The notes below the pieces were generated by a model, which was not told where the DNA came from, ran no database searches, and worked only from the letters and a program-made list of their open reading frames with translations. 64,000 nucleotides of DNA. Origin: Camelus ferus (Eukaryota). Within the stretch, counting starts at the first letter, position 1. Each line of letters starts with the position of its first letter. Below, piece after piece: positions 50,411 through 63,380 of the stretch. The stretch spans positions 41,480,001 to 41,544,000 of the forward strand of contig NC_045697.1 of assembly GCF_009834535.1 (NCBI RefSeq). Reading direction: 5' to 3'. The position numbers and the translations under genes were made by a program.

Positions 50411-50724
50411 ATGTTATTAGTTTGTTACTGCCAAGAGCTAGTATAGAATCCTCAAAACTTGGTTTTTAATCTTAACACTAATACATGAAAAATCCTGAAA
50501 GTTAAATAACTCAGTTTACTTCCAGGATATATGCCACAAAGGGTATATTTACAAATCATTACTTCCTTTTTCTTTTTTTTTTTTCTGTTTGTTTTCAGGT
50601 GAGTGATGGGGAAATGGGAAAAACCATTTGGCAGTAGGGAGCTGGACACAAAATTAAATGTCCCTGTAGACCATCTTTGGCTTCTGGGCAGGTTAAAGAG
50701 CCCTGAGTCAGGGAAAGCATGCAG

Positions 50725-51110
50725 TAGTGGTGTGCTGGAGCTGGCCTGGACCAGCTTGCAAAACCACTTCTTAAATTCTAAGGTGTTTTACCACCCAATT
50801 ACTAAATACAGCCATTATTAAAAATTACATTGTATAAACTCACAAACAAGTGCTACTAAAACTAAAGATAAATAAAATCTGGAGACATCATTTCCTGGTT
50901 TTTAAAATTACACTGTACTATTGTTACGTTATTTATGTTCTCGAGGCTATTAGTCTGTTGAAATGCTCTGTGATGGTATGCCACTGCACATCTCTTCCCA
51001 ACTCTGTGTACTTGGGGTTCATGTTGGTAGCTTGATAAGCTTACAAGTGAACATTGTGAGTATGTGTTTTCTTAGAGAAAATAAAATCAAACATAGTGGA
51101 AGGCCATGTG
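50725..51110. mobile_element. hAT DNA transposon (MER63-like)
   Basis: 'agtggtgtgctggagctggc...acagccattattaaaaatta...ctgcacatctcttcccaactc...tgttggtagcttga'. Confidence 0.8.
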
Positions 51111-51149
51111 ATTTAAAAATCGCTATTCTTCTATTATTACTGACTTTTT

Positions 51150-51570
51150 CCCCATCAGTCAAACATACTACGTTCATCCCTTTCTCAAGAGTATTTGAGG
51201 TTGCTGTTGCATTACTTTTGCCTAGAATACTTTTCCCTCCAGTATACACTTGGCTAACCTTTTTCCCATCTGAAGTTGTGTATCATCCCTTCAGGAAGAC
51301 CTTGTCTGGTTGTCCTGTCTAAAACAGCCCCCCTGGCCTGCCCACGCCCTGACCTGGCACAGTTGCCTCTCCATCACTCTGCCCTTATTCTTGTTCTAAC
51401 ACTCACTACTCTCTGAAAGTATACAGTTCATTTGCTTGTTTGCTGTCTTTCTCCCTTCCTGTAATATAAGCTCCCTCAGGGGAGGAATCTCCTATCATCT
51501 TTTTATTTTTGATTTTTCAATGCCTAAAACAGGGCTGAACACACAGTAGATTGGCAGTACATTTCTGTTT
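51150..51570 (+). mobile_element. L2 3' region
   Basis: 'tgtctttctcccttcctgtaatataagctccctcaggggagg...tgcctaaaacagggctgaacacacagtag'. Confidence 0.75.
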
Positions 51571-51625
51571 TTTAAAAATGATATAAGATTTGAATAGACT
51601 GTATTAATAAAAGGCATCTAAATTA

Positions 51626-51869
51626 TTATTATTTAAACTTTTTTTATTGAGTTATAGTCATTTTACAATGTTGTGTCAAATTCCAGTGTAGAGCACAATT
51701 TTTCAGTTATACATGAACGCATATATTCATTGTCACTTTTTTTCCACTGTGAGCTACCACAAGATCTTGTATATATTTCCCTGTGCTACACAGTTTATCT
51801 ATTCTACATATGCCTGTCAGTATCTACAAATTTTGAACTCTCAGTCTATCCCTTCCCACCCCCCTTCCC
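51626..51869 (-). mobile_element. Young 5'-truncated L1 3' UTR
   Basis: 'tttttattgagttatagtcattttacaatgttgtgtcaaattccagtgtagagcac' with a perfect 16-bp TSD aaaggcatctaaatta (51610-51625 / 51870-51885). Confidence 0.93.
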
Positions 51870-52604
51870 AAAGGCATCTAAATTAAGATAGGGATTGGGA
51901 AATAAAGTAAAATTTGAATATGAGATAAAATGCAGTTAGTCAGAGTATTACCACTTGAAATAAAGAGGCCCTAAGACGATGAGATAAGCAATTCCAAACA
52001 AAACATAATTTTTTTTTTGGTGTCATTTATATAAATTAAAAACATTTAACTTTTGTTAAGTTTCTTTGAGGATAGAATTTGGCAATAGATTATGTTAAAA
52101 TTCTAGTTGGAGATGGGATTTGTACATTGCATTAATTATGCTGCACTTATCCATGGAAATAATGCTTCCAAAGCAACACTAATTACATGAATGAGAGAGG
52201 GTTTTATTTTAAGGAACAGCAGCATATTCAGATTTTTTGTGGCATTTCTCCAGCTACAGAAGCTAGCTGTCAAGAACTATTTTCTTTCCCAGAAGACTTT
52301 TGTAAGGTCGAAGCTGAGGCTGCAAGTCTATTACAAGCCAAACTTTGTATAATATGAGCAAATAAAATGCAAAAGAACTTTTTCAGTGGCTTTGATGATG
52401 GTAGCTATTCCTAATGTTTAAGAGCCTAGTCAGGTTTATTGCTGACTTTTAAAAAGTGTTCCCTGTGGATGGTTAGGCTATCGGTAATCCATGAAGTCCC
52501 GGAGTGTATGGTTTGTAAACTGAGGAGTAAAGTATAATGAGGCTATTGCTTAAGAGGAGTAATGTGAGGATAGGCAAATATTTGGGGAAGGAAACTTTTA
52601 TTTG

Positions 52605-53798
52605 TTATTTCACTCATTGATACCACAAATAGTTCTTATGCACTGATTATGTGTCAGACATTGTTTTAGGTGCTGGGAACACAATGAAAGAAACACTTTC
52701 TATCATCAAACACTCTAATGGGGGAATAAAAGAAACAGGCCATTGCAGTACAATGTGATAAGTGCTGGGAGTTGAGGCTTAGAGACTAATTAGAGGCCAC
52801 TCTATTAAACTGGGGAAAGGATGATGTAGTCCAGGGTATGCTGGTGAGTTCTGAGTAACTTGGAGAGATGTTTAAGTGATAAAGAAGGAGTTTAGAGGAA
52901 TGCTTGAGAGTTAAGACCATAGACTAGGAACCAGACCGTGAGTCCAAATCCTGGTGTTTGCCCCCAACTAGCACTGTGATGCTGAGCTGTTAGCCTCTCT
53001 GGGTTTGTGTCTCATTTAAAAATTGGTGATAATGATAGTACCAGATACTCAGGTTATTAAGAGGAATACCAGAGTCAAACCACATGAAGTGCTTCAACCA
53101 GTGAACATTACCTTCTATGAGTAAGTTTTATCTTTAGCAACAGAGGAGATATCTGTGAGCAGTGGTTAGTGTGATGGTGAGTGGGCAAAAGGAGGAAGAG
53201 GAGTCAGGATTGACTTGTGGTTTTCTAGCCTGTCCCAGCAGGTAGATAGAGATGTGATTTTCATAATCTCCTGAGTGGGCTAGTAAGGATGGAAGCAGAA
53301 CTGGGTGTGTGAATAGGAGGTGAGGCAGTACAAATGAAGAGCACACCAGGGGGCTCCAAACTGGGTGCACTTATGATCATCTGGAGGCTTTAAAAATATA
53401 GATTCTGTACCATGCTAGGCTTACTGAATTGACTTCCCCCAAGAGAAGACCTAGATGTGTGAATTTTTAGAGGGTTCCAAAGGTGATTCTGATGAAGTCA
53501 GTTCATGGAACAGCATGTGTCCCTGTTTTAGAGGAATCTCACAAGAATTTAAGTTTATAAAGGAGGTTATAGAAGAAAATAGTTCAAAGAAATTGAAGAA
53601 TGAAAACAGAAGAGATCTAAACGTATAAATTCCGATGGGGAAGATCCAGCAGACACAGAGTATTTGAAGTTACAGAGAGAATAAATGATAGAAAAGGCCC
53701 CTAGAAAATGAAATAAGATAGATTCAAGATGTAACGAGGATGATTAAATCCTCCACTAACCAAAGGGAGTCAGAAGGAATGGGTGTGGACCCAGATAC

Positions 53799-53800
<2 letters not shown>
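52605..53800 (-). mobile_element. L2 fragments interrupted by a + strand MIR (~52895-53125) and a MER5-type element (~53346-53515)
   Basis: L2 tail 'atgtgtcagacattgttttaggtgctgggaacaca'; MIR 'gagtccaaatcctgg'; MER5 'caggggctccaaactgggtgcac...ccaaaggtgattctgatg'. Confidence 0.7.

Positions 53801-53830
<30 letters not shown>
53801..53830. repeat. (TG)15 microsatellite
   Basis: Perfect dinucleotide run. Confidence 0.95.
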
Positions 53831-53831
<1 letters not shown>

Positions 53832-53894
53832 TTTATGGTTAGGGTTAGAGTGACGATTTGTGGAAATAGTTTGAAAAATTACTATCTGTTGGTT

Positions 53895-54325
53895 TGATGT
53901 ATGATAAATTGCCTCTGGTATTAATTTTCCTTTTATTCTTGTTAGTAATAGAACCCCCCTGAATTTTAGCTAGGTACATGGCCTCCCTTGCAGCTAAATG
54001 TGGTTCTGTAATCATATTCGGGCCAATGGGATGTGAATGGAATGATGTGTGCATTGTCTGGGAAAGATAAAGTGGCTTGCCCCGATTCCCCTTTCTCCCC
54101 ACCTGGCTGGGAAGTGACTAAAATGGAAGGCAGTCTAGGACACAGATGAAAACCATGTTTTCGTCACTTGAGGGCATGAGCCAGGGGTCCTGGCTGTTGC
54201 CCCAAGCAGAGCCTAGACTGCTTGCTATCTCCCTTTGCATGTTATGCCAGAAGCAAATACGCATTTATCTTATTGAAATACTGGGTTGGGGAGCTCCTTT
54301 GTTACAGCAGCTTACACTATTGTAC
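53895..54325 (+). mobile_element. MaLR solo LTR (MLT1G/H/I-like)
   Basis: 'gtaatagaaccccctgaatttt...cctcccttgcagcta...ggccaatgggatgtga...tttgttacagcagc'. Confidence 0.75.
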
Positions 54326-54491
54326 AGACAGATTCTATATTCTCTGTAAATGAGGAGATGACATTATTTTCTAAGAATTAAGAGTTGGTGGGAAAGGGCA
54401 TAAGGTTTGAAAAGAAAGAAATTAGTTTGAAATAACTAGTTGTAGGGGATGGAATAATAGAGACAGGTACTAGGAAGATGCAGAAATGCTG

Positions 54492-54935
54492 TGTTAGTGG
54501 ATGGAGAGATTTCCAAATTAGGAAGCCCACCAAAAGTATGGGTCCTTGCTTGCCGGTTGAGAAGGTATTCTCAGCAGAGGCAGAGAAACAAAGTGAGAAA
54601 AGTACTTTATTGCTCAGCCAGGTAGCTAGTTGAGACAGTACCCCCCCATCACCCACTGGGCTGAGAGTCTTTTATTGGAAGGCTCTGCCATCATTATCTT
54701 CATTCTGATGGTGCAAAAGCCAATCACTTTTTTCATGTTACGGGCTCTTTCCTCCTGCGGAGCTCAACCCTAGAACAGGAACTTCAGTGGGGAAGAGAAC
54801 AAAGAAAAAGATACTGGGTTATGTCCTTGGGATTAAGGCAGTGGCTGTGGAACAAAAACATCCTATTATGTGGCTGTGCCCTTGGAATCAAGGAGCCAGC
54901 TGTGGCCTAAGAGAAACATCTTGTTTTTCTTAACA
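54492..54935 (-). mobile_element. ERV solo LTR
   Basis: Inverted termini tgtta...taaca; minus-strand AATAAA ('actttattg'); internal duplicated 'ccttgg.at.aagg...gctgtgg' units. Confidence 0.6.
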
Positions 54936-56444
54936 GTTTGACATTTTCTTCCCCTTGTTAATAATTAGTCCGGGTCAGCAAGCCTGCCTAATCACCTCTC
55001 TCAATCGCCTGATAGTCTTGAGGAACCAGAAGACCATTCGTCATGGAAAAATACGAATTGGCTAAATAAACTCAACAAAATAGGAGGAAAACACTAAAAC
55101 AGGTTTAATATAGATTTCTATCAGAAATTTTCACACTTCTCAAAGTAGAAAACGTTTCATGAAAATAAAGATCAAAAGTATATTTTCAGTGTTACAATAC
55201 CTGTTGAACAACCTTTGCACGTATAGATGATAGGCTTGCTTGACATTGAAGAAGTCAAACAGGCATTGAGTGCTAAGCTGTATTTAAATGCCAAATCAAA
55301 TACGAATAAAGTGCCAGGAAAGTTGAAATTATGTAAGATGGAAAATGCTTTAACCTTATTGTGGGAAGTTTCCTGAAGAAGACGGCTTTCTAGTTAAGGC
55401 TCAAAATTTATATGTCTTTACACCTTGGAAACTACAGCACATAGATCTTTTGTAGAGGTAGTAAAATCATACTTGACTTTAGAATCTTTAAGGCCTGGGC
55501 AGTTGTAGCCCTAGAGTGGTCTTTCATGAGATGGGGAAGCTTACTCTGGCATTTGCTGTCCTTTGAGTCTTCCACATCTGACGAAATGTGATTTTAAGTG
55601 TGACTTTCCCAGTAGGACCATGTAGGATTGAGTATATGGAGTCACTCATTAGATGTAGACTATGTCATCTCCTTGTCATGGATTTCACTTTCATCTTATC
55701 TAAAAAATTATGTAGATTATTTTAGATTGTGACCTTCTTTATATTCTAGCAAGGTAACACCTAGCAGCCCTATGTTTTACACAAAATTAGCTAGAATTTT
55801 ACTCCCTAAGTAGATATAGAGATAAGGGTTTTTAATATTTTTACATATTTATCAGGCAGTGTAACTGGAAGTGATTTCTTTAAGAATCCATCGTGGTAAG
55901 AATTTTGTATTTATTTTGTGAAAAAACTGGTGCATGTTCACCTAGTGGCTGCACAAAATTATTATCATAGGTTTAATTTTCTTTGTTTTAATCAAGATCC
56001 TTTGTTTTGGAAGAGTGGAGAAAGTTGATAATGCCAGTAAAAGTGATTTTCAAGATGAGTAAGATGTGCTTGTACACGTAAAGCCTCAGAGACGCTTGGT
56101 ATTCACTGGGAAAGTGTTTTAATTTGGGAGACAGAGCCCTAAGCCAAATTCCTTATTATCCTCAATTTAATTGAGAAAATTGCTTAACCTCAGCCTTTCT
56201 GTCAAGTTTGATTGACAGGTAACTACTAGTGGGAGGTGCACTGAAATGCTGAGTACCTTAAAATGTCCTGAGACTCCTTGAGAGAGGTGATATGTATGTA
56301 ACAGGAATAGAAAATCTTAATGTGTGAGGAGACACGCTCTTCTCTATTCTCCTGCCTCACCAATTTACTCTGCAGATTGGCAAGATCTTTAGAGGCTGAA
56401 CAGTAGAATCTGGGATGAGTATTTGCATGAAGATATTGTCCTGA

Positions 56445-56615
56445 GAGAAAAAGAGAACAGCGGGGATAAAAGGGAAGAGGGAAGGGAAAGGGAAAGCTCC
56501 ATCAAGAGACAGAAGAAAGGGAAGGAGATTTAAGGAAGAGAGTGGGAAGGGAGAGTGGGGAAAGTTAAGGAGGAGGAAAAATGGGAAATCAACGGGAATG
56601 AGAAAAAAAGAAAGA
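56445..56615. repeat. GA-rich low-complexity tract
   Basis: Purine run visible in the sequence. Confidence 0.75.
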
Positions 56616-57449
56616 AATAGGTTGCAAATTGGATCTCTAACTTTTTTCAGGCAGTACAACTAGAAATTGGAATTACTTTTGGTTGCTGCCTTTTGTTTCT
56701 TTGAATACAACACTTGGTACCAGGTATTTGAGTTTTATGGAAAAATCACAGAAATTATACATTAGCTCCCTATTTTCAAATACTTTCCAGTAGTGCTGTA
56801 TCGAAATCAAACATGATGAAGGCAAAAACTTTGAAACAATATCAATATCTGATTGCCCAGAGCCAGACTTGGTGACTGCTGGCAGTAAGTCAAATTCTCT
56901 GGACGTCATAGACACCACCACAAAATTGTATTAGTTTCTCCTAAAATACTTTGTCAACTTCGTGACCGTGAACCAGTTAATATCCATACTATAAAAGTAC
57001 AAATGAAACATGTCAACTGTCTTCTGTTGGTTGATTTTATTAATGGGATTTTAGAAAAGGATGAAATGTGAACTGTCATTTGGAGAACTTTTTGGACTTT
57101 GCTAACAGGTGCAGCTTGTATTTTCGCTTTGTTAAATAACTCTACAGAGCAGTTGTCTTTCTTTTGTTAGGCCTTGGGCAAGATGAAATTATGTGCTCAC
57201 ACAGCTTTTATTTCCTTTTTATCACAGTGGAGCTGTTGTTTTCCTAAAGTGAGAATGCTGGTGTGTACCTTATAGTAAATAGAAATGGCAGATTTAAAAA
57301 TATTTAGGTAAAATAATGAGATTCTATAATTAGATATGTTGAAGTGTTTGTTTCTACTTGGTTATTTTATTTTGTAGAATTTTAAAAAGCTCTGCAAAAT
57401 AGCATGTGTTAACTTTATTAAAAAGAGACCTGGAGGCTGCTCTAGACCC

Positions 57450-57926
57450 TGTCAACTGAAACAAATGCACAGCCTAAAAGTTGAGAGTTATGTTTTATTT
57501 GGGGGAAGGACTTGAGCCAGGATAACAGCCTCTCAGATCACTCTGAGAAACTGCTCCAAAGAGGTAGGGGAGGAGCTAGGATATATGAGTTTTACAACAA
57601 AGACCAAGTAGCCTGAACATTAAAAGATTACTTGTTAACTGAAGAAGACCAGACATCTCAAGTTAAAGAAATCGGTGCTTTTCTATGTATGGGAGGGAGC
57701 AAATGTTTGGGCTCATTGAATTCATTCCTTTGACAAGCACCTAGCTATCTAGGGCCAGTATCACGTCCTTTCTTGTTCTGAGTCCCCTCAGAGTGCACCA
57801 TCGTGAGTGGCTGCAGAGGCTGGGCAGCAGGCTTGTCTTCACTGGGGGGTGGCGGCAGTGGCTGATGACTTGATGGCTTCAGCATTCTCTGTTTACTGAT
57901 ATGGCTTGCATTTTTTTTCGTTCACA
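57450..57926 (-). mobile_element. ERV1 solo LTR, MER41-like (cetartiodactyl)
   Basis: TG...CA termini with 4-bp flanks accc/atcc; 'aaagttgagagttatgttttattt...agcctctcagatcactctgagaaactgctccaaagaggta...gcttttctatgtatggga'. Confidence 0.8.
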
Positions 57927-58369
57927 ATCCTCTACCCGGGAGGCAACTGTATTTTGCAGATGGCTGCTAAGGTGGAATTCTGGGTAGATCAAATCACATG
58001 TCAGTGCTGTTTCTTACGAGCAGCAGACGATGCAGTTTGCTCAATGTGCATGTTGACTCCGGGTTGTATGAGACCTCCTAAGAAACTTCCTAAGCTTGAG
58101 TCATCAAGCAAATATCTTCAAGTAATGTGGGCTTTGGTCAGAAGCAAATGGCAAAAGCAGTTTGCCTTCTCTAGACCTGTGAACCATAGTAGTCCACATC
58201 TATTTGGACTCTTCTTGTGGAGATGTGAGGGACAGTAAAAGCAACAACAACAGGAAGAAACCTGGCAAAATGTGAAGGAAAGAAAATTAGTGCTCATGTT
58301 AGGTATCTTGTGTTTTTATGTTTCTCACCCCAAAATTTTCACTTAAAATTCAATAATGAATATAAATGT

Positions 58370-58560
58370 ATGGAAAAAAATAAATCTCAAGCTCTATTTG
58401 ACATCATACAGAAATTAATTTGAGGTGGATTATAAGATTAAACATGTGAGCTAAAGCCGTAAAATTTCGGGGAAACATTTTAAAAATAGATTTTATACTT
58501 TGGAGTAGGTAACACTTTTTAGACATGTACCAGAAGACATTACATGCAAGAAAAAAATAC
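58370..58560 (+). mobile_element. Old L1 ORF2 fragment
   Basis: 'catacagaaattaatttgaggtggattataagattaaacatgtgagctaaagccgtaaaattt...ctttggagtaggtaa'. Confidence 0.65.
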
Positions 58561-59859
58561 AGTAAGAATAAGAGCTTGCCACATTCAAAGTCAAATTAAT
58601 CTCTTCATTTTATGTGTCAGAATGCTGAGCAACTTTTGAAGAGTAAGATCCCCAATTTCTAGCTGGAATTAGAACATAAAATGCATTCCATTTCTATGCT
58701 AAATGGATACTATAATAAACTGATCCATGTAATGCTTTTAAAATATTTTGATTTTCTCAAAGAAATTTAAAGTATTTTATCATAATATCTGCGTGTTTTC
58801 TTATTTAAAGTTGTAAACTTTCTCTTATAAATTGATACCATAATATCTTCACAAGACTTTTCATCCTCTTTAAATTATAATATTCAGTTATTCAGAAAAC
58901 AGCCTCATGGTAGCATATTTTACTTTAAAAATTTTAAATTTAGGCTAGCTCACTGTAGAAATATCTTTTAATTAGAATTTTCATATTAGTTTTACTACTA
59001 CTATATGGGAACCTTGTTAGTATATGACCTTAAGGATGCCAAATATTTGAATTTTGTGTTATTGCAACTTGTATTAGAATGAGGTTGAATTGCTTTCTGA
59101 TAATTTGTATTTTGTTATCTAGGATTTTATTATTAATTAGACTGAGGCTGGGCTTGGCTGAGCAGGTAGTAGCAAGGAATGCAGTATCTGAAGTGGTACT
59201 GCTCTCCAAATGGGAGCAGACACATGGAGGAAGAAGAGTGTGAATTAATAAATGAAGTGGGTTGCACAGAGACAAGAGAGTAGGTGCAGAGACACAGGCC
59301 GGGAGTGCTGAGACAAGTGCACAGACTCACTGTGCTCGTAGGCACGCAAGCACTTTCTAAATTGAATTATTAAGACCTGGGAGTCAGAGGAAGAGCTTAA
59401 GGAGTGCAATGAGGTAGTCATGGTGATAAAAAGGGAAGATTTTAGGAGACAGAGTTTGAATTAACTGGAAGAAGAGATTTGAAGCACTGAGGCTAGCAAA
59501 GAGAAATTTGAATTTGTCAAAATGACAGGAACCAAAAACATTAAGGAGTCCAGGCATGTGTCATAATGACAAGCAGATATACTCACTACACAGCCTAGTG
59601 TAGCTCACTCTAACAGACTAGTGGGTTCTAATAATTTATGTAGTTTATGTTTAGGAGGTGGGGAGAGGAAAGCAGAGAATGTCACATTGCATTGCAATAG
59701 TTTGATACTTATCTTTTTCTCTCATATGACAGGTATTTTATTACTCTTACCTTTGTATTGTACCATATTTTGAACGGGGAAAGGTGCATTTTAGCCATTT
59801 AATAAATGTTGGCAGACATTGTGAAGTCAGTAATTAAATCATTACTGTATGTATAATAC

Positions 59860-61572
59860 CACATACCATGCAGTATTCTAGGCACTGGAAATGCATAATA
59901 AAGAGCAACATAGAAGGAGTCACATCCCTCAAAGAGTTTATATTCTACTGAGGATAAGAGAGTAGAGGAGACAATGACATGTAATTCACTCAGTCACATA
60001 CAGATGAGTTATATAAAGCATTAAAAAACTGGGTAAATATAGAAAATGGGAGGATGGGTGAGTAACTCTGGCTGGAGCTGTCAGGGAAGGCCTGTGGGAG
60101 GATATGATATTTCAGTTAAGACCTGAGTGGTGAGATGGAGGCTGTCAAAATGAAGACCTAGGGAAAGAGTATCTCAAAGAGAAGGAACACAAAAGCAAAT
60201 AAACAAAGGTTGAGATGTGCTTTGGGTGTTCAAGAGAAAGAAGGACAGCATGAGTGGAGCGGAGTGAGCAGTAGAGGATGGAGGGACAGGAGACCTGAGA
60301 GGCAGCCAAGTAGGTCTGAAACATTGGTGTTTTGAATCAGGATGGTGATAGTAAGGGTCACGAAAGATGACTGAATTAGGGATACATATAGTGAAAGCAG
60401 AGCAGATAGTATTTGCTGACAGAATGGATTTGGAATATTGAATAAAAGAGGAGAATCAATGATGGCTGCAAGATTTTGGAAGGACAGAATTGATATTTAC
60501 TGAAATGGGGGAAGACCTCAGTATGGCTAGGCTTTTCAAAGAAAAACAAATATTCAGTTTCAGACATTTTAATTTTTAGACATCTATTAGACATGTAAGT
60601 GGTGACTTGGAGTGTGTGTACACACATACACATACACATTGGACTTCAATGGAGAAGTCCTGACTATGACTATAGGTACAAGTTTGGGAGTGGTCAGCAT
60701 CTGATTATATTTAAAGAGGAGACAAAATGAGATACCCTAGGGAAGGAAAGGGGGAGAGGAAAGATCTGAGGCCTGAGATCTGGGCACTTCAACATTGGAA
60801 GTCAGGAGATGAGGAGACTGAGGAGAGATCAGTTAGTCAAGCCAAGTGAAGAAATTCTTTCAAGGAGAGAATGGTCAGCTGTGTCAAGTGATGCTGATAG
60901 GTCAAGCAGGTTTCAGGTCAATATTTTACCATTGGATTTGACAACAGGGAGTCATTAAATTTTGACAAGATCTGTTTCAGTGGGTGGTAAGGGCAAAAGC
61001 CTAACTGGAATGGGTTCAAGAGAGAAGGAGAAAAGGGATTTGAGGACAACAAGTATAGGCTTTGAAGGAATTTTGTTGTAAATACATACAGAGAAATGCG
61101 ATGGTAGCTAGAAGGGGACATGGGTTCAACAAAAGCTTTTATTTTGTTCTGTTTTTTCCCCATTTAAAAAAATTGATGTACAATATTATATGTTACAAGT
61201 ATACAATATAGTGATTCACAATTTTTAATGGTTATACTCCATTTATAGTTATTATAAAATATTGGATATAGTCCCCATATTATACAATATATCCTTGTAG
61301 CTTGTTTTATATAAATATTTTGTACCTTTTAATTCCCTGCCTCTATATTTCTCCTACCCCTTTCCCTCTCCCCACTGATAACTACTAGTTTGTTCTCTAT
61401 ATCTGTGAGTCTGCTTCTTTTTTGTTATATTTACTAGTTTGTTGTATTTTTTAGCTTCCATACATAAGTGATATCATATGACTTATTTCACTTAGCATAA
61501 TACCCACGAAGTCCATCCATGTTGCTGCAAATGGCAGAATTTTATTATTTTTTTATGGCTGAGTGCTATTCC

Positions 61573-61613
<41 letters not shown>

Positions 61614-63380
61614 CACATCTTTATCCATTCATCTGTTAACAGACATTTAGGTTGCTTCCAATTTACATTCCCATCAACAGTGTATGAAGGATCCCTTTTC
61701 TCTACGTCCTTGCCAACACTTGTTATTTGTGTTCTTTTTGACGGTGGCCATTCTGACAAGTCTGAGGTGATATCTCATTTTTATTTGCATTTCCCTGATA
61801 ACTAGCAATGTTAAGCGTCTTTTCATGTGCCTGTAAGTGGGGTGATATTAACACACATTTGTATGCTAGTGAAAGGATTCAACAGAGCATGAGAACGCAC
61901 TATATAGAAAAGGGCTTTGAGAAAATAGAGCATATTAGAGCAGGTGTTAGGGCACAAGAGGAAGGGCTGGCAAAGATCTGAGCAGCAGTACTACTTCCAG
62001 AATAGCAGAAGGAAAGGCAGAGGGAGAGAGCAACAATTTTTGATGGAAAGATGAAGTAGTTCTTTGATTACAGCGGTTTTCTTAAATTATGATATAAGGT
62101 TATCAGATGAGAGTGGAGCAGAAGGGGTTTTTGAAAATTTTAGGAGAATAAGAAGAAAGAATGAAATAGTCATCTAGGAAAATGGGAATTGAAATTTTGA
62201 GGGAATAATCATGGATTATTTCTGGCAATGCTGAGGAATCTTGACTCAAATTTGTAGGGAGACTAAGCAGTATGGTCAGGATTTTCTACAGTAGTTCATT
62301 TGCTTAAGTTCTGGCAAGAATAATTGGATCGTTGTGTTTAACAAAGGCCAGGGTTTCTCCAGGCAGATATAATGAAGGAAGAGTCTTTCCTATTTCAGTA
62401 AACAGCAATTCCATCCTTCCATAACCTTGGAGCCATTGTTGATTCTCCTCTGTTTCTTTTCCATCCCAAATCCAATTTGTGAGCAAATCTTATCAGAGTG
62501 ATTATAGTGCTGGTCCATGGATGAGACGCTGAGTAAAAAGGGAGCTAAGATTGTTGAGGGAGTGTTGGAAATGAAACATGGTCGGGTAATGGATTGGAGA
62601 GCCTTAGTGAGGATGGTAAAGTACTGCTATGGATTACGAGATGAGTGGTTTGGATGCAAAGGAGGTACTTTGAAATTGAGATTTGCATGTTCTACAATTA
62701 TTGATGGTGGTTAATCCTTGAGAGTAGAACCGTGTGAAATTGGCGGAGAAAAAGTCACTGGAGCTCAGGTAGTCAAGAAACGAAGAGGCCAGTGCATTTG
62801 TTGGTGGCTGTTGAAGTCACTGAGGATGATGGTAAGATAGTGGAGGAGAGAAAGACAATGAGTTTAATGTTAAGTTCATTAATAAATGTAAGATTCATGA
62901 CATCAAAAAGGAATGGATGGTAACATCTAATGAAACCAGCTTCAAATGATTTAGGATTTTAAAAGATAAAGAAGGAGAAAGTATTTGGAAAAGGCACTGG
63001 AGAGGAAGCAGCAAACGTACTTTACTCAAAATCTTTGAGAAACCTGGGACATGCAGCGAACCATAGCTCCCACTTGAGAGCACTGTTAGGGAAAGCCAGA
63101 TGTCAGGCGCAGCAGGAAGGTGAAAAGTCATTTGAGGACACAGGAGGAGGAGTTTGCTGATGAAAGATTGAATTCCAGAGGGCAAGGTGGAAGGGTGTAG
63201 GAGAGTGGGGACAGATTAGGGAATATCCAGGGATCAACCCCCCTGAGGGAATGGATGCTTTGGCAGGCTGGGTCTTCTGATGGTGACTGGGGGAATAGGA
63301 TGGTAGAGAGTGATGAGATTAATTCTGTAAGCCTCAGAGCAAGTTGTATTTGAAGACCCCCCAAGTGGCTGACCTCTTCC
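59860..63380 (-). mobile_element. Long L2 remnant (~3.5 kb) interrupted by an L1
   Basis: L2 hallmarks 'tcagggaaggcctgtgggaggatatgatatttcag', 'tggtcagctgtgtcaagtgatgctgataggtcaag' and 'ccattggatttgacaacag'. Confidence 0.8.
61150..61833 (-). mobile_element. L1 3' end (ORF2 C-terminal remnant + 3' UTR) with internal (TG)18 at 61575-61610
   Basis: ORF 61553..61759 includes ...GKDVEKRDPSYTVDGNVNWKQPKCLLTDEWIKMWY, resembling the L1 ORF2 3' region; typical 3' UTR motifs present. Confidence 0.9.

Noticed and set aside
56790..56890. Exon candidate ending ...ggca|gtaagt
   Set aside because: Weak acceptor and unrecognised translation; such pairs are common by chance.
61553..61759. ORF with poly-(TH) run
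   Set aside because: Deleted L1 ORF2 3' remnant plus a (CA)n microsatellite; not an intact gene.
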